DNA from: Heteronotia binoei
Lineage: Eukaryota
Direction: 5' to 3'
Length of the DNA: 64,000 nucleotides
Assembly: GCF_032191835.1 (NCBI RefSeq)
Contig: NC_083237.1
Location: 49,848,001-49,912,000, forward strand
Numbering within the stretch: position 1 is the first letter of the stretch; each line of letters starts with the position of its first letter. The notes under the pieces were generated by a model that ran no database searches, had not been told where the DNA came from, and saw only the letters and a list, made by a program, of their open reading frames with translations. The position numbers were made by a program, and so were the translations under genes. Shown here piece after piece: positions 1 through 9,324 of the stretch.

Positions 1-2755
1 AAAGATTGACGGTATTGAGTGTGTCGGCCTTGCGTGGGAAGTCGGGGAGAGGTTGGCGATCTGGCTGGTGTACCATCCGCCTAACGCACCGGCCAGCACC
101 TTACCATCCCTGATGGAGGCGGTGTCCGGCTGGGCGTTGGAGTACCCGGGGCTCGTAGTCCTGGGCGACTTCAATGTCCATGCCGATGACGCGGCTTCCA
201 TTCGGGCGATGGACCTAGTGTCTTCCATGGCGACACTGGGACTCTCCCAATTTGTCACGACTCCCACGCACCAGGCTGGGCACACATTAGATCTGATCTT
301 TGCGGCCGGGATTAAAGTGAACGAAATCGCAACGGAGGCGATACCATGGTCGGATCACTTGGCCCTCAAGGCCCGTATGGAGACGCTACCTCAACCCTGT
401 AAGGGCGGAGAGCCTATTTTGGCTCGCCCGCGGAGCCTGATGGACCCGGAACGGTTCCAAATGGCTCTTCGGGATCCTTGGCCCCCTTGCGATTCCCTTG
501 ATGCCCTGGTTGATGCCTGGCAAGACCGGCTATCTGGGGCAATCAACGAGATCGCACCCCGACGTCCTCTGCGCCCTCGTTCAAGGCTGGCTCCCTGGTA
601 TACCTCGGAGCTACGCCGGTTGAAACAAGGACTCCGACGACTAGAGAGGCAGTGGCGGCGCACTCGTGGCGAAGCGGCGAGAACATCCTACAGAACGTTT
701 ATGAGGTCGTATGAGATGGCAGTCAAGGCCGCGAAGAAGAAGTACTTCGCGGCCAAGATTGCGTCTGCAAACTCGCGCCCGGCGCAATTGTTTAAAATAA
801 TTGGACATTTAACTACGCTGCCCCAGGGCAGACCAAACGCTAGTGAATCAGAAATAGGCTGTGAGGCTTTTGCGAGATTTTTTGCAGACAAAATCACGTC
901 ACTCCGCCAAGACCTGCCCATCACCTTAGACACAGTACATGAGCCCGAGGCCCCACGCCTGTCTTCTGATTTAACTCTGGATCATTTCGACCCGCTCAGC
1001 CTGGAGGAAGTTGACGGAATCCTCTCCTCTGCGCGCCCTACAACTTGTGATCTGGACCCATGCCCCTCCTGGCTAATTAAATCCTGCCTGAGGGAGCTAG
1101 ATTGTCCTCTACGGGACATCATAAATAGATCCCTCTCGGAGGGGCGTTTTCCATCATCTCTGAAAGAGGCTTTGGTCCGACCCCTCTTGAAAAAAAGTAC
1201 AGCAGACCCGGCCGAATTGGCAAACTACCGACCGGTCTCCAATTTACCATTTTTAGGTAAAATAATAGAGAGGGCAGTGGCGTTGCAGTTGCAGAGCTTT
1301 CTGGATGACGCTTCCATCCTAGACCCTTGCCAGTCCGGCTTTCGCCCGGGCTATGGGACGGAGACAGTACTGGTCGCCCTGGTAGATGATCTCCAACGGC
1401 ATCTGGATCGGGGTGGTGTGGCGGTGCTGATGCTGCTAGATCTGTCGGCCGCGTTCGACACGGTCGACCATCGGCTACTGACCTGCCGCCTCGCCGACAT
1501 AGGGGTGAGGGGGTCTGCCTTACAGTGGCTCTCCTCCTTCCTCGAGGATCGGGGACAAAGGGTGGCTATTGGGGGCGAGCGGTCCCGGAGGCACACACTG
1601 GACTGTGGAGTGCCCCAGGGGGCAGTTCTCTCACCAATGTTATTCAATATCTACATGCGCCCTCTTGCCCAGATTGCCAGGGGATACGGACTTGGGTGCC
1701 ATCAATACGCAGATGACACCCAACTCTATCTGCTGATGGACGGCCGGCCTGACTGCGTCCCTGAGAATTTAGACCGGGCCTTGCAGGATATGGCAACTTG
1801 GTTGAGGAGGAGCGGGCTGAAATTGAATCCAGCGAAGACAGAAGTCCTTTGTCTGGGTCGGGGCGCTCGGGAAGGGGAAATACCTCTTCCGGTCTTCGAC
1901 GGGGTGCCGCTGAAAGCGACGCACCGGGTTAGGAGTCTGGGAGTTTTACTGGAGCCTTCATTATCAATGGAGGCCCAGATTGCAGCCACCGCCAAGTCAG
2001 CCTTTTTCCATCTAAGGCGGGCAAGGCAGTTGGCTCCCTTCCTAGAGCGCCAAGATCTGGCAACGGTACTTCATGCAACGGTCACCTCGAGACTGGATTA
2101 CTGTAATGCCTCTACATGGGGCTGCCTCTGTACCGAACCCGGAAGCTGCAGCTGGTGCAGAATGCGGCGGCTAGACTGTTGCTGGGGCTTCCTAAATGGG
2201 AGCACATACAGCCTGGACTGCGCGAGCTGCACTGGCTGCCAGTTACATACCGGGTTCGTTACAAAGTGCTGGTCATTACCTTTAAAGCCCTATATGGTCG
2301 AGGACCTGTCTACCTTAGGGACCGTCTCTCCCCATATGAACCCCAGAGAGCACTGAGGTCAGCCGGAAAAAACTTGTTGACTACTCCCGGACCGAGAGAG
2401 GTGAAGCTGCAATGTACCCGTAACCGGGCCTTCTCCTCTGTAGCCCCGAGCCTATGGAACCAACTTCCAGAGGAAATGCGGGCCCTGCGGGACCTTGAAC
2501 AATTCCGCAGGGCCTGCAAGACCTTCCTCTTCCGACTAGCTTTCGCTGACGAAGGAAGAAATTGTTAATGATAACCGCCATCCTAAAGAACAGTATTAGC
2601 ACTTTTATTAACTTAATTAACTAATTTTAAACCTAATCAGAATTTTAATGCTTAAATGTAATTTTGTGTTTTTTGCTTTTTGTATAATTGAAATTTGTAT
2701 GATGTTGTTAGCCGCCCTGAGCCTGCCTCGGCGGGGAGGGCGGGATACAAATAAA

Positions 2756-2790
<35 letters not shown>
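1..2790 (+). mobile_element. L2-clade LINE retrotransposon, 5' part outside the window, with 3'UTR and (TATC)n tail
   Basis: APE endonuclease motifs (GDFNVH, GHTLDLIF, WSDH) and RT motifs (QSGFRPG, LLDLSAAFDTVDH, GVPQGAVLSPMLFNIYM, YADDTQLY) typical of the L2 clade. 3' stem-loop ccgccct..agggcgg at 2712-2743, AATAAA-like signal, then (ctat)n to 2790. Confidence 0.9.
2..2568 (+). CDS. LINE ORF2 (endonuclease-reverse transcriptase), split by one single-base frameshift at ~2110
   Basis: The frame is open from base 2 (KIDGIECVG..). ORF 53..2356 drifts after 'LDYCNA', and ORF 2116..2568 continues 'MGLP..KLQLVQNAAARL..LHWLPV..YRVRYK'. One missing base in tgtaatgcc|tctacatg (expected CNALYMGL). Confidence 0.85.
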
Positions 2791-3574
2791 GGTCACACAC
2801 CTGTTCTAGTATTATTCTTGTAGCAAAACCAAATCCAAAATGAAAAATTAATTTCTTGCAAAGGATTTGAGTTGTTTAATTTGTAATTTTCCTCAGTATG
2901 TTTCTAAACCAGATCTTCATGTATTTGGCTCTCTTATCCTAATTATCATCACTTGAAGATTTGTCTTATTCAGGACTTTTTTTCCTAGAAAAAGAGGTGC
3001 CAGAACTCTCAAGAGGGAAATGAAGGAGAAATGCATGAGTACCACCCCCCATGAGCTTTTAAACATTTTTTTGATCCTTTTGTTTCCTCTAAGAGGTTCC
3101 GGAACTTTGTTCCGGGGGGGGGGGGAGTCCCTATCTTATTGATTTCAAAAGAGCTTATCCCCAAGTATTTCTGTTTGGGTTGGATTCCTTTCCTCCATAA
3201 TGTTTCATAAAATATGATGCCTTTCTGCATTAATCCATTCATGATCAAAAGCCAACCAAAACATCACAAAATAGCATACAGGTCTTGGAGTCTTCCAGTA
3301 TTCTGCATCAAGCTGGATGTTGGGGGTGGGGAGAGATCTTGGAGAGGGGGAATCTTACAAGTCATGATGTTAAAGTGGTGGTAGGGGGTAGGCTGTGATA
3401 GTATTTGTAGCAAATATGGTAACCACAATTTGAAAATGTATATGTAGGCAGTAAACATTGTTCAAAAGTTATCTGCTCAATCTCAATCCCTGATGCATGG
3501 CTGTTGATTGTGAGAGTTGAAGACTGAAAAGCAGCGTGTTTAAGATGATCTTCACAATATGATATAGCTCATTG

Positions 3575-3950
3575 CAAGACCCAGGTTCAAATTCCCACTC
3601 TCTCATAGAAGCTTGCTGGGTGATTTTGGTCCAGCCACTCTTTCTCAGTTACCTCACAGAGGGGTTCTTCTCCTTCTCCTTTTTGTATTTGTGAGTGTGC
3701 ACATGTGCCTGGAAGTCATGGATGACTTCTGGCAATCCCTAGTGGGGCTTGGATGTTCAGAGAGGTGGCTTGCTATTTTCTGCCTCTGCCTCCCAGACCT
3801 GGTATTCCTTGAAGGTCTTCCATCCAAATACTTGCTGGGACTGGCCCTACTTAGCTTCCAAGATCTGATGAGACCAGGCTTGCCTGGGCTATCCAGGTCA
3901 GGGCCTACCTCACAGAGTTCTTGTGAGGATTATATATAAAAGGGGAGGAT
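3575..3950 (+). mobile_element. tRNA/MIR-like SINE (Squam3-type by recall), interrupted by a 5S-headed SINE
   Basis: B-box ggttcaaattcc at 3584-3595. Body gaagcttgctgggtga..ccagccactct..acctcacaga resumes at 3906 (tacctcacagagttcttgtgaggat). Confidence 0.6.
3662..3905 (-). mobile_element. 5S rRNA-headed SINE with 12-bp target-site duplication
   Basis: The reverse complement contains cagatcttggaagctaagtagggcc..gtatttggatggaagacc..ggaatacc (5S-like). tacctcacagag occurs at both 3650-3661 and 3906-3917. Confidence 0.75.
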
Positions 3951-4168
3951 GTTAGTTTGGTTCCCCATGGAGGAGTAATGAAGAAAATAAACAGGAACAC
4001 TCTCTCTGTGAATCAATGAAGTAAACGAACAGGAATATTCTCTCTATGAATCATTCTATCTGAAGGTGAGCCCATTCCATGTTCCAAGTAACACCACTGC
4101 TTTAAAAACAATCTATTGTGTTCTTATTCATTTTTAAATAGTGAAGTGTGGAATCAGGGTCCTTTTTG

Positions 4169-4374
4169 CAATACTCCCTCTAAGCTGTGGAATCTTATAA
4201 GCAAAAATTCTGCTTTGTGAGCTACTGGCAATAAAGATGGGGGTGAACAATTTGGCTACTGCGTAAATTAGTTTGCTCTGGGGCCATTTTTCCTGACCTA
4301 AGACAAAAATGGGTGAGCCAGAGGCTAAAAAACTGTCAGCTAGCTCACACTAACTCAGCTCAGAGGGAACACTG
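4169..4374. mobile_element. ~190-205 bp MITE family A, copy 1 (TIR CAGTGTTCCCTCTAAGCT)
   Basis: Ends caatactccctctaagct and agctcagagggaacactg. Interior aligns by eye with the copies at 9131 and 17352. Confidence 0.8.
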
Positions 4375-4925
4375 TTTATTGGTTAATTCTTTTAATCTGC
4401 AGAAGCAAAAGCAGGAAGGTAGAGTCTAGTTAGTCTTAAAGACTACGATAAAGGGTTTTTGTTTTTTTAGTTAGAGCCCACTTCATTAGATGCATGAAAG
4501 TGAAACTTCGGTTTCTGGTATTCAGACAAACAAAAGAACCACTATCTTAGCTTACAGCATCAAAAAAAAAAAAAAAAGATATGTGATCATACAGCAATGG
4601 TCATGTTTTGGACAAAATTCTTCCAGAAGTTCTGTGCTGGTATAAAGCAAGCCCATTGAGATGAATAAGAGTGCTCTTGAGGGAAGTTCAATGGGGTTTG
4701 TGCAGGAAAACATCCTGATAGATTGCACTCTAGCCAATTTAATGTGACTTGAGCTTTCATGGGCAATAACCTGCTTCATCAAGATATATATGCCCATGGA
4801 CTCAAGTTTCTCCCTTGGGCACTTGGAAACATGGGGAAACAAGTCAGAAGTGAACTACTGATTTCAAGAAATATGCACCTGCAGATAACAGAAATGCAGG
4901 AAATACAACCTGATGGCAGGGTTAT

Positions 4926-4927
<2 letters not shown>

Positions 4928-5003
<76 letters not shown>
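4928..5003. repeat. (TA)n microsatellite
   Basis: Pure TA run of about 76 bp. Confidence 0.98.
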
Positions 5004-5008
<5 letters not shown>

Positions 5009-5017
5009 GTAATTATG

Positions 5018-5170
5018 TGCCATTAAGTTGCACTGACTCATGGTGCCTCCCGGACCATCGGGGTTTTCAAGGCAAAAGATGAGCAGAGGTGGTTTTGCCG
5101 TTGCCCTCCTCTGCCTGCTTTTCCTTTGTGATCTCCCATCCAAGTAAGCACTAAACAGGGCTGGCCCTCC
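5018..5170 (-). mobile_element. degenerate 5S-headed SINE copy
   Basis: gatctcccatccaagtaagcactaaacagggctggccct (5S, reverse) joined to ggggttttcaaggcaa..cagaggtggtttt, shared with the 7615 copy. Confidence 0.6.
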
Positions 5171-5199
5171 GAGACTCTGATAAGCTTGGTGTAGTCAAG

Positions 5200-5562
5200 G
5201 TATTATCACATCCCAGTGTTTTAGTGGCAGACTTTTTATGGGGTGGTTTGTCATTGCCTTCCTCAAACATATGCACTTTACCCCCAGCAAGCTGGGTAAC
5301 TCATTTTACTGACCTCAGAAAGATGGAAGGCTGAGTCAACCTTGAGTCGGCTACCTGAACCCAGCTTCTGCCAGGATGGAACTCAGGTCCTGAGTAGAGC
5401 TTGGACTTCAGCAGGGCTTTTTCTGAGCAGGAACACACAGGAATGCAGTTCTGGCTGGCTTGGCATCAGGGGGTGTGGCCTAATAAGCAAATGAGTTTGT
5501 GCTGGGCTTTTTCTACAAAAAAAAAGACTTCAGTATTGCAGCTTACCACTCTGTGCCATGGA
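5200..5562 (-). mobile_element. Sauria SINE, interrupted by a MITE
   Basis: Diagnostic core cccccagcaagctgggtaactcattttactgacctcagaaagatggaaggctgagtcaaccttgagtcggctacctgaa, and terminal gcagcttaccactctgtgcca. Confidence 0.75.
5412..5525. mobile_element. short MITE (family B, deleted copy) with 8-bp TSD GACTTCAG
   Basis: Starts cagggctttttctgagcaggaac and ends ctacaaaaaaaaa. gacttcag occurs at 5404-5411 and 5526-5533. An 8-bp TSD implies hAT (inference). Confidence 0.65.
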
Positions 5563-5740
5563 GAACATGTAAACATTTCTTCTTAAGACCTTGAAATGTG
5601 AATACATCAATTACTAGTGATAGTGGCTATGCTGGATTAAAATGGGGGGAGGGGATGCTTTTTCTAGTAACAGAATCCCACCCCGAACCTTTGCATTTTT
5701 ATATTTAATTTTATATCCCACTTTACAGTTATGTACCCAC

Positions 5741-5921
5741 CAGGGCTTTCTTTGTAGCAGGAACTCCTTTGTCTATTAAGCCACACACCCCTGATGTAGC
5801 CAATCCTCCAAGAGCTCACAGGGCTTTTAGTACAGGGCCTACTGTCAGCTCCAGGAGGATTGGCTACATCAGGGATGTGTGGCCTAATATGCTAACGAGT
5901 TCCTGCTACAAAAAAAAGCCC
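5741..5921. mobile_element. ~180-bp near-perfect palindromic MITE (family B)
   Basis: The left arm agggctttctttgtagcaggaactcc..gccacacacccctgatgtagccaatcctcc pairs with the right arm ggaggattggctacatcaggg..gtgtggcc..gagttcctgctacaaaaaaaagccc. Confidence 0.85.
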
Positions 5922-5964
5922 ACAAAAAAGCCACACACATCAGCAACCCCCACACACACCGCCC

Positions 5965-6125
5965 AAGGCAGCTTACATCATCATTCTCCTGGCCTCCATT
6001 TTATTCTCATAACAACAACCCTGTGAAGTAGGTTAGAGAGTGACTGATCCAAGACTACTCAGTGGGATTCCATGGCAGAAGGGGGATTTGAACCTGAGTC
6101 TTCCAGGTCATGCAATCCAGTGACA
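5965..6125 (-). mobile_element. tRNA/MIR-like SINE fragment
   Basis: cataacaacaaccctgtgaagtagg..gggatttgaacctgagtc (reverse B-box ggttcaaatccc). Confidence 0.6.
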
Positions 6126-6146
6126 GAGAGAGCTGAATCTCTAAGC

Positions 6147-6638
6147 CAGGGGTGTCAAACATGCAGCCTCGGGGGCAGGGACCGAATCGGGCCCCTGGAG
6201 GGCTCCTATCAGGTCCCCAAGCAACTGGCTGTCATCTGCTTCCTTCTCCCTCTCTCTTGCTTCCTTCTGCATAACAGCTTGCTTTGCAAGGCTTGCTCAA
6301 CTGCACAGGAGCTACAGAGCCAAGCCTTTACTCCTTCTATTGGCTGAGGCTCCTCCCCTTCCTGGTTCCCTGGAGAGGGAGAGAAAGAGGTTCCTTTGCC
6401 CAGTTCCTTGGATTGCAGAGGAGAGATACAAAGAAAGGACCCTTTAAGACCAAATGCTGTTTTAAGCATGTTTTATTTTTTAAAAATATATATATATTTC
6501 AGTTGCGATTGTCTATGTCCTCTATAAAGTTTATATATCTGCTACCTAATCTTAAATAGTAACACACATGCGATGGCATGACAAGGTCTCATTTATGTCA
6601 GATTTGGCCTTCATAACAAGATGAGTTTGACACCCCGG
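6147..6638. mobile_element. non-autonomous hAT (Charlie-like) element, 492 bp
   Basis: TIRs caggggtgtcaaac / gtttgacaccccgg, and a perfect 8-bp TSD ctctaagc at 6139-6146 and 6639-6646. Confidence 0.9.
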
Positions 6639-7123
6639 CTCTAAGCTCTGCCCTGATTCCCTGTGTTGCAATCAGTGTCTAATCAGCTCTTGAGGGAATT
6701 TCAAGGAACACGTGCGGTGGGGTTTTGTTTAACCCACATCAAAAAGTGGTTCCCTCTTTCCCAACACTTGTCTCTAAAAAGGGAGGTTTCCAGGGTAAAG
6801 GGTACTGCTCTTGAGCAACAGCACCTTTCTCCCTTCATTTTCCTTTCTTCTTTTTGAAAAACTAGTTTGTTCATTAATTCAGTGTATTTATTTTCATTTA
6901 ATTCATTTGTGGGAGCAATCTTTTGGGAGCCATTCTCCAACGTCAACCTCACTGACACAGTGAATATCCCTTCAGACTTTTCTGTCTTAATATTTCAAAT
7001 GATTACAATTTGCATACCAATAGCATCCACCCCGAAATCCCTTGTCCTGGGAGAGCAAAGGCTGTGGATGGAATCCATACTGGGTGACAGGCTAACTGCC
7101 CCCTTGAATTAAGGCTCTCTGGT

Positions 7124-7359
7124 GGAGACCCAATTTGGTGTAGTGGTTAAGTGCCTGGACTCTTATCTGGGAGAACCAGGTTTGATTCCCCACTCCTCAA
7201 CTTGCAGCTGCTGGAATGGCATTGGGTCAGCCATTGCTCTAGCAGAGGTTGCCCTTGAAAGGGCAGCTGCTGCGAGAGCTCTCTCAGCCCCACCTACCTC
7301 ACAGGGTGTCTGTTGTGGGAGAGGAAGGTAAAGAAGATTGTAAGCCACTCTGCGATTCC
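7124..7359 (+). mobile_element. tRNA-derived SINE with L2-like 3' tail
   Basis: A-box tggtgtagtgg (7136-7146) and B-box ggtttgattcc (7179-7189). Tail tgtaagccactctg resembles the L2 end tgttagccgccctg at ~2706. Confidence 0.75.
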
Positions 7360-7614
7360 AAAATCCAGTATCTTGAGGGAGTCCTGTTCGTCCCAATGCT
7401 GCCACAGAGCCTCATACAAACGTTGCTTGGTCCCCATACCCGAGTTCTGAGCGCTCTTGAGAACCAGAGACATCCCCAGACCGGTGGTACCCATTACCTC
7501 CCCAAAACTGCGGGAACCAGAACCGGTTCCTTTTACAGAAGTAGAAACACTCACGGGCTAGAATGGGCTACTGGAGAACTCATGGCGTAGGCCTGATCTG
7601 AAAGCCAACGCTAG

Positions 7615-7826
7615 ATGGTGTGGTGATGGAATCCTCAGGTCTCAGCTGACTTAAGGGCGGCCTCACAGGGTTTTGAAGGCAAGAAGCGTTCAGAGGTGGT
7701 TTGGTCCTTGACTGCCTCCGCGTCACCCCCCTGGTATTCCTTGGAGGTCTCCCATCCAACTACTAAGCAGGGTTGGTTGACCCCGCTTAGCTTCCGAGAT
7801 CTGAGGAGAGAGGACTAGCCCGGGCA
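7615..7826 (-). mobile_element. 5S rRNA-headed SINE with RTE/BovB-like tail
   Basis: The reverse complement cagatctcggaagctaagcggggtc..tagtagttggatgggagacctccaaggaatacc matches the 5S internal control region, followed by aaaccacctctgaacg..ccttcaaaacccc..taagtcagctg. Confidence 0.75.
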
Positions 7827-8302
7827 ACGTTCTGGGCCAGTTTCTGTCTCCTCTCTGTTCTTCCAGCGCTTACAAAACGGTGCATTAAAAATCTGGCGAT
7901 CTCCCCCACCCCACGTTGCTTTCAGCTTCAGGAACCCCAAAGAGCGCGCTGTTTTTCAAAGTCAACGGCGTTTTTAGTGTCTCCCCCTGGTGCGTTTGTC
8001 CCGCTCTTCATAAAAAAGTCCGGCAGGACAGATCCGTTTTGAGAAAGCTGGGCAGAGGAAATCATTTGAATAGCAGTTTGGGGAAATGGCCTGGGGTTGC
8101 GCGCGAGGGTGTTTTAATTTGGCCTTTGAAAAGGGTCCTTTTGTGGCGTTGGTTTCCTAGCAACGCTTTTCTATTAAGGGAAGGAGGTGGGGGGGGGAGA
8201 AAAAAAAGTTGCGGGGCCAGCATCTGTGGGGCCGGACAAAATGGCCGCTCTGGGCTTCTTGCTTAGCCTTTTGACACGGGGGAGCGAACTAGAAACTGCT
8301 TG

Positions 8303-8373
8303 GTGAATTAGGTAGTTTCACGTTGTTGGGCCTTGGTTTGGAACACGCAAGAACATCAAACTACCTGATTTAC
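8303..8373 (+). ncRNA. MIR196A1: mir-196a-1 precursor; mature 5p at 8309-8330 (UAGGUAGUUUCACGUUGUUGGG)
   Basis: 21/22 identity to canonical miR-196a. The hairpin closes gtgaat/atttac with 3p arm caagaacatcaaactacctga. Syntenic position upstream of HOXB9. Confidence 0.95.
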
Positions 8374-9130
8374 TTACAGTTGACTCGACTTGAGGGCTAG
8401 TTGGCTGGTTTGTTCCCACTTTTGCATTGGGGGGGGGGTCTTTTAAGGGTGGGGTGGTGGAGAATTCTTCTCTTTCCTAATGATCATCTCGACAGCCGTT
8501 CCAAAGCGCTGGAAGGTGCTGTACAAATCTTATTTCATGCCGGGCTCCTGGGCGAGCCGAGAGAAAAGGACCTTTTATTGGATTTATAGCCCAGCGGAAA
8601 CCGCAGAGCAAATCTTGCAGTAAATGGGACGGCTACCAAATCCCACCTCGGCCCTCTCTTTTTATTTACAACAGACGCTTTTTTACAAAAAAAAAAAAAA
8701 AAAGGAACTACCGGTATTTTTTTTTTCCGGAATCAGGGCCTGTTCATTAAAATCACTACCCTACACCAGTGGATTTTTTTTTTGAGGGGGGGAGTGTGCT
8801 GAAAAGGGAGCCCTTTCCAGCAAAGCCCTGTTCAAGAATCCTGGAACCACTTCCTGGTGTAAACAGAAAGTGCTAGCAAAAATGAGAGTCAGGGCAGAAC
8901 TCCGCGAGAAGTTCTCCTGCCCCCTTCTGCGCAAGAGAACCTCCCACTTAGATGAGCCACTGCTGTTTAATTCTCCAAAGCAGACCCTGTTTGAAGAAGA
9001 GGGGTTTCTTTTAAAGCGGTAGTCCTGCCGCAGTCCAACACTCACTCACTTGAGAGCAGGGTTGCCAAAGGCCTGGAGAGAGAAAAAAAATGACCTTTAA
9101 TAGAGGCCTAAGGAGTTACCGTACTTACCA

Positions 9131-9324
9131 CAATGTTCCCTCTAAGCTGTGGAATCTTGCGAGCAAAAATTCTACTTTGTGGACTACTGACATTAAAGTT
9201 GTGCTCTGCTGCATAAATTATTGTGCTCTGGGGTCATCCTTCCTGAGATAAGACAAAAATGTGTGAGCTGGAGGCTAGAAAACTGTGAGCTAGCTCACAC
9301 TAACTCAGCTTAGAGGGAACACTG
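9131..9324. mobile_element. MITE family A, copy 2
   Basis: TIRs caatgttccctctaagct / agcttagagggaacactg. Confidence 0.85.

Noticed and set aside
3977-4052. Degenerate 38-bp tandem duplication
   Set aside because: Two diverged units in TE-rich DNA with no functional motif.
3662-7826. 5S rRNA genes
   Set aside because: Only partial, diverged 5S heads fused to non-5S bodies, one with a TSD. These are SINEs.
1-8300. Remnant of HOXB10, expected upstream of mir-196
   Set aside because: No homeobox-like (WFQN) sequence was seen. The region is filled with transposons.
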